Of a stretch of 51,846 nt of DNA, positions 18,528-27,276 are shown in pieces. A model generated the notes under the pieces. The model was given only the letters and a program-made list of their open reading frames with translations, was not told the DNA's origin and did not search any database. Made by a program: the position numbers and the translations under genes. The DNA is from a virus. Taxonomy: Duplodnaviria; Caudoviricetes. The stretch spans positions 1 to 51,846 of the IMG/VR virus record IMGVR_UViG_3300017963_000334. One strand, given 5' to 3'. Each line of letters begins with the position of its first letter. The stretch's first letter is position 1.

Positions 18528-18635
18528 ATGCCCGACGGCAAGCGCAAACGGAGGACACGGGACAAGGCAAGAAGGCAATGGTACGCCTACTGGCGCGCGG
18601 TGAGATTCAACCGCAGATTCGGGATTGGAGGGTAA
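18528..18635 (+). CDS. 35-aa Arg-rich peptide
   Basis: AAAGGGGGG RBS; MPDGKRKRRTRDKARRQWYAYWRAVRFNRRFGIGG. Confidence 0.4.
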   Translation: MPDGKRKRRTRDKARRQWYAYWRAVRFNRRFGIGG

Positions 18636-18685
18636 CATGACTGAAACAAGTACGCCCATTTCCGGAAGCCTGTAAGGGGTGACTC

Positions 18686-18892
18686 ATGTATTACTTCAAA
18701 CCGATGATGCCTTTCTATAATCGCTTCCTTGCCGCGCCTACTGAATGACTTATGTCCCCTGGGGGGCGCGTTCTAATAGCGAAAGCCATTCGGCTATGCA
18801 AGGGCAAATATGGGCTACGGGAAGCGCGACATTTTCGGGACGCATTGTATTGCGCAGGATGCATCTATCCTCTCATCCGCTCGATAAGGTGA
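18686..18892 (+). pseudogene. Small ORF interrupted by an in-frame TGA
   Basis: MYYFKPMMPFYNRFLAAPTE*LMSPGGRVLIAKAIRLCKGKYGLREARHFRDALYCAG...; TGA at 18746-18748. Confidence 0.35.
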
Positions 18893-18896
18893 CATA

Positions 18897-19079
18897 ATGG
18901 ACCCGGACGCAACCTATTACGAGATGTTCGCAGCCATGAGGGACGGGAGGTTGGGCGAAGCGCGCCAGTATGCCCTCGACTTGCGGGAGTGGCTGGACCA
19001 AGGGGGATTCTACCCTCAGCGCTACTCCCAGCAGGAAGTCGACGCCTACCTCGCCTCGGTACTCCGCCGCACCACCTAG
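18897..19079 (+). CDS. Small hypothetical protein
   Basis: MDPDA...LREWLDQGGFYP; AAGGTG RBS; strong GC3 bias. Confidence 0.75.
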   Translation: MDPDATYYEMFAAMRDGRLGEARQYALDLREWLDQGGFYPQRYSQQEVDAYLASVLRRTT

Positions 19080-19090
19080 GGAGCAACACC

Positions 19091-19552
19091 ATGTCACGGC
19101 GAAAGAACATCGCCATCCGCGACCTGATCGATCTTGTGAACCGGAAGAACCGGATTTCGTTTTGCAGCCCGGAAACGCGGGCGGGATGGAATAGCCTGCT
19201 TGACGAGGTTTTGCACAACGCCAACGTCTATCGGGGATTCCGCTATCTGAGTGCAGACGAGGTTCCCGCCGGTCACCTTCCGGGAATCGTGGAAGAGTGG
19301 GTTAGCGACTTCGATACAGGCGGAGACTGCGATACCCTCCCGTGGAAAATTACCTCGGAGGATATTAAGGAAGCCTTACTTGAAATGCTCACTTCCAAGG
19401 GACGCGAGGACTACCGATCGGGCGCTTTGGCGGAATTCGCTATTGAATTCGCCGAAGTAAACGGGCTGGAGCCCGGACAACCCCTGCCTGAAGACGACCT
19501 GTACGATGAAATGCCCTTTGCGGTTGTGCTGATTGAAGTCTCGAAAGACTGA
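19091..19552 (+). CDS. Hypothetical protein with acidic C-terminus
   Basis: GGGAG RBS before MSRRKN. Confidence 0.7.
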   Translation: MSRRKNIAIRDLIDLVNRKNRISFCSPETRAGWNSLLDEVLHNANVYRGFRYLSADEVPAGHLPGIVEEWVSDFDTGGDCDTLPWKITSEDIKEALLEMLTSKGREDYRSGALAEFAIEFAEVNGLEPGQPLPEDDLYDEMPFAVVLIEVSKD

Positions 19553-19647
19553 GAGTATCCCACCGTGGACAGCCAGTAGGCTGTCCAGACTGGGCTACTT
19601 TTGACTTGGCAACTGGAGAATGCTTCGATATGAGAAGGGGAGCAATA

Positions 19648-19836
19648 ATGCAACGAGCGGAAACACTGCTAATCGAAACACCCCGGAAGCGCGTGCGAAT
19701 TCGGCTGGCGCGCCAAATGGACATTCACGAAGTGCGCGATCATTGTAAGTGCCTCATTCGAGGGATAGCGCCTCAGAGTATTACGCTTTCCGCGCCCTTG
19801 GCAATTGCGACTTACGCGGGGGCGAAATTCCATTAA
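19648..19836 (+). CDS. Hypothetical protein
   Basis: AAGGGGAG RBS before MQRAET. Confidence 0.5.
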   Translation: MQRAETLLIETPRKRVRIRLARQMDIHEVRDHCKCLIRGIAPQSITLSAPLAIATYAGAKFH

Positions 19837-20155
19837 GCCCCTCCCCGGGTGCTGTTGGTGTATTGAATTTTGTGTTCAAACCAGGTTGAAAGGAGGTGAC
19901 GTATGCACAGGGACTCGTAATGAGCCCAACCCCGCGCTCGGTGGTATTTCCGTTTCGATCCGTTGATTGTCGGAGTGGGCTACGCAAGCGACGAGCGCGG
20001 GCTTAGTTTCATTATTGAGCAAGAGGGGAAGAGACTATGTTGTCACCAAGAGACGAGGAGGCAGTGATTCTCATATTTGGAATTGTAATTGGTGCAATCC
20101 AGACACTACTAGTTGGCAGTGCTGTTTTACTACATCTTTTATGAGGGGGGGGAAC

Positions 20156-20584
20156 GTGAACGTTTACATCCATGATGCAGACATCTATTGCGAGGATTGT
20201 GGGGAGGCAATTTGTGAATTCCTGAAAGGATCTGATTTCGCGCCAACCGACCCGGACGATGAAACTAGCTACGATTCAAGCGAATTCCCCAAGGGGCCGT
20301 ACCCGGATGGAGGTGGGGAGGCAGACTGTCCGCAGCATTGCGGATCTGGCAAGGATTGCTTTAACGCCATCGAGCTATCCGACGGGCATAAGATTGGCGC
20401 TTGGCTCGAAAACCCGCTCACAATCGATGGGCTCGGCTACGTTCGGGAAGCTATCCAGGGGGGTGGGGAGGTTGCCGCATTGTGGGCGGAGTGGTATGCA
20501 GATTGTTTGGATGAAGAGAGCCCCTGCGAAAATTGTATGGCGGGTGCTTGTAATGGATGTATTCACGATGAAGCTACTCTGTAG
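20156..20584 (+). CDS. Acidic Cys-rich hypothetical protein
   Basis: GAGGGGG RBS plus GTG; ADIYCEDCG...DCPQHCG. Confidence 0.7.
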   Translation: MNVYIHDADIYCEDCGEAICEFLKGSDFAPTDPDDETSYDSSEFPKGPYPDGGGEADCPQHCGSGKDCFNAIELSDGHKIGAWLENPLTIDGLGYVREAIQGGGEVAALWAEWYADCLDEESPCENCMAGACNGCIHDEATL

Positions 20585-20631
20585 GGGGCTTGGCTTGTCC
20601 ACTGTTCACTTCCCTGGAGTGAGATAACACC

Positions 20632-21489
20632 ATGACGAACACCACAACCGAGACGACGACGGAAGTGATTGCGCGGATGCTCAAACAGAACACGGGCCGC
20701 GTCCTGGTCGATTCAGGCGACTACTACGGACGCCACTTTGAGCAGAACCAGGATCGGGATTTCGAGAAAGAGCCCGAGGCGGTTCTACACGTCGAGCGCC
20801 CCCGGCACGAGGGCGAAAGGCTCGAATGCTGGCCGGTCTTCAGCGTGTATCACTGGCTTAAGGATCGGCTGGAGTACAACGCCGATCTTGACGAGCGCTA
20901 CCGATATTACTGCGGTAGGATGGCATACAATTTTTCTCTACATTCGGCTGAGCGGTTTGTCGAAGACCGGGAAGGCAAGGGCATCTATGGCGATGGCGGT
21001 CCCGTCACTGTCAACACGCACAACGGGGAAGACCTGCTCTCCCAGACGGTCCAGTTTGTGTACTGGACCGACGGGGAAGGGGACGCGCACGTTCTCTTGC
21101 AGATACACAACGGGTGCGACGTGCGCTGGGGCTATACCGATCCGGTCGCCTTCGACGTAGGGGACTATGACGGAACGGCCATTTTCGACAACGCCCGTGG
21201 AAGCGTCAGTTGCGCGGAGTGTTGCCGCCATTGGGACACGGACGACGGGGTTCACTTCGCGCCCGATGGGGCCTGCGGGGAGGACTACACGCCATTAGGC
21301 GAGTACCCCACCACCCTCGAAAAGCCTGAGTATCCCAGGAAGCCCGACCCGGCGCAACTCACGCTGCCGATCGACCTGCCCGAAAAGCCTACACCTGACA
21401 TTGGCGTGATTTGGATCGACGAGGAAGGCAAGGCGCACTGCCCGAGTTGTGGCGGAGTGCTGGAAGCCTGGTTTCAGAGAGTGAGTTAA
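20632..21489 (+). CDS. Early hypothetical protein
   Basis: 285 aa; MLKQNTG..LVDSGDYYGRH; LLQIHNGCDVRWGYTDP; two CxxC motifs. Confidence 0.8.
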   Translation: MTNTTTETTTEVIARMLKQNTGRVLVDSGDYYGRHFEQNQDRDFEKEPEAVLHVERPRHEGERLECWPVFSVYHWLKDRLEYNADLDERYRYYCGRMAYNFSLHSAERFVEDREGKGIYGDGGPVTVNTHNGEDLLSQTVQFVYWTDGEGDAHVLLQIHNGCDVRWGYTDPVAFDVGDYDGTAIFDNARGSVSCAECCRHWDTDDGVHFAPDGACGEDYTPLGEYPTTLEKPEYPRKPDPAQLTLPIDLPEKPTPDIGVIWIDEEGKAHCPSCGGVLEAWFQRVS

Positions 21490-21494
21490 AGAGC

Positions 21495-22085
21495 ATGGAA
21501 CAAACGAAGATTTGTAGTAAGTGTGGCAAGGAAAGACCTGTAAGCGAGTTTTCTCCGAACGGACAAGCGAAAGCAGATGGAGTCAGGCCGCGCAAATCGT
21601 ATTGCAAGATTTGCGCATCCGAGGCTGCGCGGCATTGGTATCAGGAGAATAGGAACCGAGTACTGACGAAGAAGAAAGAGCGATATGGAAGAGAAAAAGA
21701 GCGACTCAAAAAAGAGAGCCGGGAATGGTACTGGAAAAATCACGCTAGGTGCCTTGCGGTTAAATCAGAATGGCGCAGGAAAAACAAAAGGGAGTACACG
21801 GAAGTCATAAGAAGGTGGACCAGAGCGAACCGCTTCCGTATCGCAATTAACAGTTCACGAAATGCCGCTAAGAGACTTGGATACTCTCAATGTACAGCTA
21901 CAGTAAAAGAAATCGAGGCTGCGTTTACTGGTTACTGCCATGTATGCGGATTGTCAGAATCGGAACACAACGGGAAATTGCACATGGACCATGATCATGA
22001 GACTGGAGAGTTTCGAGGGTGGTTATGCCGGTCGTGCAATGCAAAAGACGCACTTGCGACGAAACTACAAGAGAAGGCGGCTTAG
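21495..22085 (+). CDS. Endonuclease VII-like HNH protein (possible homing endonuclease)
   Basis: KICSKCGKE...SYCKIC N-terminus; CHVC...LHMDHDHETGEFRGWLCRSCN; A-rich relative to its neighbours. Confidence 0.85.
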   Translation: MEQTKICSKCGKERPVSEFSPNGQAKADGVRPRKSYCKICASEAARHWYQENRNRVLTKKKERYGREKERLKKESREWYWKNHARCLAVKSEWRRKNKREYTEVIRRWTRANRFRIAINSSRNAAKRLGYSQCTATVKEIEAAFTGYCHVCGLSESEHNGKLHMDHDHETGEFRGWLCRSCNAKDALATKLQEKAA

Positions 22086-22165
22086 TATGGCGTGGGCCCG
22101 GCGTTGCCTTGAGACGGACGGCAGGGCATAGCTGGCCTCACCCTGATCTCTTGAGGAGCGACACC

Positions 22166-22345
22166 ATGCGATGCGAAAGTTGCGAGATACTTATCATCAA
22201 CGGCGTGCGGTGCCATGAAATCGGCTGCCCGAGCGCCTGGCGGGACGAGGTGCGGGAGTGCCGATGGTGCGGTTGTGAGTTTCGGCCCGAAGACCCCGGG
22301 CAGGACTATTGTTCCGAGGAATGCGCTTGGAGTAGCACACTATGA
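22166..22345 (+). CDS. Small Cys-rich zinc-binding protein
   Basis: GAGGAG RBS; CESC..INGVRCHEIGCP..CRWCG..CSEEC. Confidence 0.75.
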   Translation: MRCESCEILIINGVRCHEIGCPSAWRDEVRECRWCGCEFRPEDPGQDYCSEECAWSSTL

Positions 22346-22488
22346 ACGACACCACGAAAGAAACCGAAAACCTGATTCGTACCCGCGCCGGGGTGTAACC
22401 ACTACGGCAACCGTGGAATCTAGCCCAGACGAGGACGAGCAGGCAGTATACAATAGAAGTAATTGAGTCACTAGCGGGAAGGAGTGAT

Positions 22489-23214
22489 ATGGCGTTTAAA
22501 CGCTGCCCGGAGTGCGGCGCCGCACACGGACCACGGAAGAAGATGTGCCACTGCGGACATTACTTCGGAGTAAAATCACGGCAAAGTACGGAACGACACC
22601 CTCTGTACCCGGAGCCCGGCGCAGGGGTGATCGACAACTACCATGGACTGCCGGTCCTTAGCCTTCCTCCGCCTCTACCCACTGACGGATTACTCTCTAC
22701 CGAAGCAGTTCGTGATGAGTACGTGAGTTACGAGGGGCTGGGGTTTTGTGTCTATTCCTACATCCCGGCGGATCGGATTTTTGATCCAATTCTCCGGGGA
22801 CGTTGGCGCCGTGCCCGCACGGCTTTACAGGCAGTGGTCGAGTATCTTGACTTTTCCGAAGAGGAGCGTGAAGTGGCAAAACAGCACGAAGAACTTAGGA
22901 GAGTGGTAACGGAAACCTGCAATTCCCTGGCGGACAGTAAATGCCAAATCGCAGCGCGAGAAGGGGGGCATAGTCTCCTGCGCGCGATTAGTCTGCTGTT
23001 TGCGGTAACGCGGGGACTAGAGACGGAGATCACGCGAGCAACTGCCATCCAATGTGCGAAGGAAGCTTGTGAAGAACTCACGACGTGTGCTTCCAAACTT
23101 GGGGAAAATGGAATTACTGAATTGGCGGAATACATCCGTACAAAACAAGCCGAATTGTCTCGGGTGGTTGCGCGGCTCCTCACTGCGGAGGAAGATAGTG
23201 CCAAAGCAGCCTAA
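22489..23214 (+). CDS. Hypothetical protein with N-terminal zinc ribbon
   Basis: AAGGAG RBS; KRCPECG...CHCGH. Confidence 0.7.
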   Translation: MAFKRCPECGAAHGPRKKMCHCGHYFGVKSRQSTERHPLYPEPGAGVIDNYHGLPVLSLPPPLPTDGLLSTEAVRDEYVSYEGLGFCVYSYIPADRIFDPILRGRWRRARTALQAVVEYLDFSEEEREVAKQHEELRRVVTETCNSLADSKCQIAAREGGHSLLRAISLLFAVTRGLETEITRATAIQCAKEACEELTTCASKLGENGITELAEYIRTKQAELSRVVARLLTAEEDSAKAA

Positions 23215-23410
23215 TTGGCCGGGCGACCTGAAAGCGCATACCCGGCGAGTTAAGCGCGTAGCCAAAGCTTTTGGTGCCTACAACTATACACCGCTCTGGG
23301 CTACGCGCTTAGCCGAGATTTTTGTGAATCTCTCTGAGCATGGAAGCGAAGAGCGCAAGTTGGGTATGCTTGGACTGATTCGGCGAATCCTGGAGGGGCA
23401 AAACAAATGA
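23198..23410 (+). CDS. Hypothetical protein
   Basis: GGAGG RBS plus GTG; overlaps both neighbours. Confidence 0.55.
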   Translation: MPKQPNWPGDLKAHTRRVKRVAKAFGAYNYTPLWATRLAEIFVNLSEHGSEERKLGMLGLIRRILEGQNK

Positions 23411-23979
23411 CGCGCGAACAATGGTTGAATCAACTCCTAGATGCCTTGCGGCCGATCTTCCAAGGGGCTGACGCGGAAGTCCCCGAGCATGTACGAGTAT
23501 CTTGCGGCTGGCCAAGCAAGGCAGCGACGGCCAGAAAGAATCGCCGAATCGGAGAGTGCTGGGACAAGGAGCAATCGAGCGATGAACACTACGAGATTTT
23601 CGTGAGCCCAATACTCTCCGATTCGTTAGCGGTTGCAGATACGCTCGTTCACGAGCTAGTACATGCCTGCGTTGGAACGAAATGCGGACATCGCGCGCCA
23701 TTTCGGCGGCTTGCACTCGCCGTCGGCTTGGAAGGTGAAATGCGCTCTTCGAGTGCCGGAGAGGATTTACTGCTCGTACTCAAGGAGTTAATTAAACAGC
23801 TTGGCCCTTACCCTCATGGGGAAATTAGCTTCCCGGAGAAAGAAAAGAAACAGAGCACTCGCCTTCTTAAAGTGGAGTGCCCCGATTGCGGCTACACTGT
23901 ACGTACCACGCGCAAGTGGTTAGAAGTGGGGCTTCCAACATGCTGCTGCGGCAGCGCGATGTTATATCAGGAGACGTAA
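23407..23979 (+). CDS. SprT-like zinc metalloprotease
   Basis: TLVHELVH...GH..PF and C-terminal CPDCGY...PTCCCG zinc ribbon. Confidence 0.8.
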   Translation: MTREQWLNQLLDALRPIFQGADAEVPEHVRVSCGWPSKAATARKNRRIGECWDKEQSSDEHYEIFVSPILSDSLAVADTLVHELVHACVGTKCGHRAPFRRLALAVGLEGEMRSSSAGEDLLLVLKELIKQLGPYPHGEISFPEKEKKQSTRLLKVECPDCGYTVRTTRKWLEVGLPTCCCGSAMLYQET

Positions 23980-24296
23980 TGCAAAGAACCCTAGATTCCT
24001 ATGAGTTTTTCCGGAAGAAGACAAGCGACGATACGCTAGGTGCCCTATTGACAATTGCTCATGGCATGTTGCGTGGCGATCCGCCGCATGAGCAGGAAAT
24101 GCTACTGACCGTTACCGAAGTAGCACAATTGCTTCAAATCAGCCAGGATACAGTGTACAACCTGATTCATACAGGCGAACTGCCCCATTGCCGATTTGGG
24201 AATGCCATCCGCATTCCACGACAAGCCCTTGAACAATACTTGCGTACCCTATATACTACTCCACAGGAGCCCACCACTCTGCGGTTGGCTTCGTGA
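23979..24296 (+). CDS. Excisionase-like HTH_17 protein
   Basis: LLTVTEVAQLLQISQDTVYNLIHTGELP..RFG..IRIP; near the integrase. Confidence 0.85.
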   Translation: MQRTLDSYEFFRKKTSDDTLGALLTIAHGMLRGDPPHEQEMLLTVTEVAQLLQISQDTVYNLIHTGELPHCRFGNAIRIPRQALEQYLRTLYTTPQEPTTLRLAS

Positions 24297-24371
24297 CTGG
24301 CCCGCTGTCTCCCCTCCCCGGCTCTGCCTCGCATCCGGGGAGGGATTACCCTGACACGAGGAGACAAGGCA

Positions 24372-24689
24372 ATGAAGACCTATACTTTCCTTGGCGAAGT
24401 ATACCGCATCACCGACCGACCGCTCCATCCCTTCACAGTTGGCGTACCGTACCAGCGATTGGCGTTTCGCTGCCTCCCGGAGGATTGCCTTCCGATAATT
24501 GATGAGGGTGACCATATAATTACTGGTGACCACGACCTGTATGCCGTGTATCACGTAGAGACGTGGGAAGACGCCGAACGGCTAATGCACGCCTCGGACG
24601 GGGGTTCACAAGCGCGACACCAAGCAGCGCGAATTACATCGCTGGTATTTGAGGAATTACTGAGCCAGGGAATTCTCCTAGATGCTTAA
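24372..24689 (+). CDS. Hypothetical protein
   Basis: GAGGAG RBS; converges on the integrase. Confidence 0.6.
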   Translation: MKTYTFLGEVYRITDRPLHPFTVGVPYQRLAFRCLPEDCLPIIDEGDHIITGDHDLYAVYHVETWEDAERLMHASDGGSQARHQAARITSLVFEELLSQGILLDA

Positions 24690-25702
24690 TTCCCCCCCAT
24701 ACTAGAGGTTGCTCGCTCCAGACTCGCTCGTAGGTGATCCGGCCGCTGATTGATGTGCTGGTACACCCGCTGAAGCATCGTGAGATCAGAATGCCCCATA
24801 ATCTCTGCGATCGTAACCAAGTCAACCCCTGCAAGGATTGCCTCCGTGGCGAAAGTATGACGGAGAGTATACGCTGTGACCAAAAAGCCCAGTTGCTTAC
24901 CGGCTTGGCGGAACTGCCAGCCAAGCGTGTCCTTCGTCCATGGATCACCTCGGGTAGAACGGAAGATTGGGCCGGGAATGCCCTCCCCCGCGACGCGGCT
25001 GCAAATCTCGAAGGCCCGGCCGTCCAGTGGCACGATGCGGGGGCGTTTGATTTTGGCTGTGAAGCCGGCTGGCAGATTCCAGCAGCGGTCTCCCCTGTTG
25101 AATTCAGCGGCGGATACTTTTCGAGCTTCCTCGGGGCGACAGCCAGTATGTCGAAGAATCTCTACAATATCCCGGAATGGCCCCGCGATCCCCGTCAGCA
25201 GCGCTTGGTATTGCTCCGGAGTAAGGCAGGTCTCCCGGCGATTGGGAGTCGGTTTCTTCATCCGGCAGAGCGGGCTGCGATCAATCAGACCTTGTTCAAC
25301 GGCCCAATTGAACGCCCTTTGGACAGCCCGTACGGCTCCATGTCGCGTGCTTGGACTGGCGGTCGCCGGTGGATAGGCACTATCTACCCAGCTTGTGACA
25401 TGGAACGGTCTAAGCCGGGAGAGTTTCAGCTTCCGCGGCAGGGAGCGGCCGAAGCTGAGGAGGAATTGCGCATACCAACGGTAGGTACGATCGGCGTTGT
25501 GCGTTTCGGACCAGTCCAGGTATCGGTTGATCAGTTGGGCAACTGCGCTGTCTCGCGTGAGCGATTCCCGCTCCGCCATGAGTTTGTGGTAAATCTCCCA
25601 CGCCTGTTTCTTGTCCGGATGGAGTCGGTAATGCCGGCCATTGATCTTGCAGTACCAGCATCTATGCGAAGATTTCCAGTAGGGTTTGGGCAGTCTTGGC
25701 AT
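24686..25702 (-). CDS. int: Tyrosine integrase
   Basis: HTGCRPEE (R), TAKIKRPR (K), YTLRHTFAT, MGHS, VYQH. AGGAGG RBS before MPRLPKPYW. Confidence 0.95.
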   Translation of the reverse strand: MPRLPKPYWKSSHRCWYCKINGRHYRLHPDKKQAWEIYHKLMAERESLTRDSAVAQLINRYLDWSETHNADRTYRWYAQFLLSFGRSLPRKLKLSRLRPFHVTSWVDSAYPPATASPSTRHGAVRAVQRAFNWAVEQGLIDRSPLCRMKKPTPNRRETCLTPEQYQALLTGIAGPFRDIVEILRHTGCRPEEARKVSAAEFNRGDRCWNLPAGFTAKIKRPRIVPLDGRAFEICSRVAGEGIPGPIFRSTRGDPWTKDTLGWQFRQAGKQLGFLVTAYTLRHTFATEAILAGVDLVTIAEIMGHSDLTMLQRVYQHINQRPDHLRASLERATSSMGGN

Positions 25703-26299
25703 GACAATTCCTCCTGTGTGAACTATACTACATGGGGAGACGAAAGGGAGACAATCACGTCCGACAGGGAAAAGCTCGATTTGCAAGTCTGGATTATGCA
25801 AACACTTGCGATGAAACGAGAGCGTGATCCCGCTTGCTCACCACGCATGCCTCGGGTGGAAACGGACTGGAGCGAGAAACAGCGTAAGTCCAGTCAGGAT
25901 CAGCTATTGGAGCGAATTCTCTTCAGGGAGAGGTTTGATTTCATGCGGTCTGGTATGGTCCTATCGGAGACAAAACGGTGACAATGCCGAAATTGACTCT
26001 CTTCCTCATATTAGCATCTCCGACATGGCCAGACAACAAGGAAGAGATGCACAAATTGGCGGCTGATGGAGCCTTCGTAGTAGTTTGCCCGCAGTCGAGG
26101 ATCATATCCAGTTTCTTCGTTGTGCCATCCCCCGGCAGGGGGGACTCAACCGCTATTTTGATGGCATTACTGAACTAGCGCACCAGAACGCTCAGGAGGC
26201 TCCAGAATCGTCGATAGTGAGATAGGCATACATGGAGCCCCTCAGGGCCGAACGACGATCTTGAGCGATTGTACTGCCCCTGACAGGGAGATAGAACGC

Positions 26300-27019
26300 A
26301 TGGCGATAGCTATAACGTATGCACGCTTTTCCCCTCGGCCGAATGCTGAAGAATGTGATTCGATTGAGAAGCAGGAGGAGCGGTGCCTGGCGTATTGTCG
26401 CCAGAGGGTATATAAGGTTGTGGATACCTTTGAGGACCCTGACACCAGTGGGGGGGTCTTGGACCGGCCGGGGCTCTCGGCTGCAATCCGTGCTATCGAG
26501 AACTTCAAAGGCGAGGTCGTTCTGGTCGTCGACGCTACCGATCGCCTGGCCCGCGACATGCTCGTCAATCTGACGATCCAGCACGAGGTCGAGCGGGCCG
26601 GCGGCCGAATCGAATTCGCCAACGGAACCCCGGTTGCCGAGACCCCGGAGGGCCGGCTGTTCTCAAACATCCTCGCGGCCTTCGCCGCCTACGAGCGAGA
26701 TCGCATCCGGCATGCCACGAGCCGGGGCATGAAGCGCCGGCAGGCTAATGGAGAATGGTTCGGAAAGCCGCCGGTTGGCTGGAGGCGGGACCCCGGGAAC
26801 AGTAAGAAGCTTATAAAGTGCCCAACTGAGCAGGCGGCGTTAGGGATAATGAAGTACCAAGCGGGGCTTGGGCGCACCTCGGAAGAAATCAGGGCAATGT
26901 TACAAGAGTCTTGCGGTAACTTCCGCGGCAAGCCGTGGAGCGCGAGGACAGTAAGGCGAATCATTAAGCAATCCCAGGAGGGGGATTGCGACGGTAGTAA
27001 GGCAATTAGGGAGGAGTAG
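26300..27019 (+). CDS. Serine recombinase (resolvase/invertase catalytic domain plus short DNA-binding domain)
   Basis: YARFS, SG...DRPGL, DRLARD, FAAYERDRI..TSRG, PPVGW, RGKPWSARTVRRII. Confidence 0.92.
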   Translation: MAIAITYARFSPRPNAEECDSIEKQEERCLAYCRQRVYKVVDTFEDPDTSGGVLDRPGLSAAIRAIENFKGEVVLVVDATDRLARDMLVNLTIQHEVERAGGRIEFANGTPVAETPEGRLFSNILAAFAAYERDRIRHATSRGMKRRQANGEWFGKPPVGWRRDPGNSKKLIKCPTEQAALGIMKYQAGLGRTSEEIRAMLQESCGNFRGKPWSARTVRRIIKQSQEGDCDGSKAIREE

Positions 27020-27021
27020 AG

Positions 27022-27276
27022 ATGAAATTCAGTTTTTGCGAATCCGTGACTGCATCATCGCAGTCGCGATGGCACATTAGGCAATTAACCGAAGCTGGTA
27101 TGAAACTCGGCGGCGGAGCTGATACGTCATCTCTTTGCGGACGGCAGGTGGCGTGGGATTTGCAAGTGGAGATTACTGAACGGCTTTTGTCGCATTGCTG
27201 CAAGAAATGCGCTGAGGAATATCGGATTCAAGTCAGGCGGCTTCCTCAAGGGGGAAGAGTGTCCCCTGCCCCATGA
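27022..27276 (+). CDS. Hypothetical Cys-containing protein
   Basis: GAGGAG RBS; WHIR...SLCG...CKKC. Confidence 0.6.
   Translation: MKFSFCESVTASSQSRWHIRQLTEAGMKLGGGADTSSLCGRQVAWDLQVEITERLLSHCCKKCAEEYRIQVRRLPQGGRVSPAP

Noticed and set aside
24734-25981. 415-aa plus-strand ORF
   Set aside because: Antisense to a clear integrase; no recognisable features.
25978-26178. Small ORF between the recombinases as a repressor
   Set aside because: No HTH or RHH pattern and weak coding evidence.
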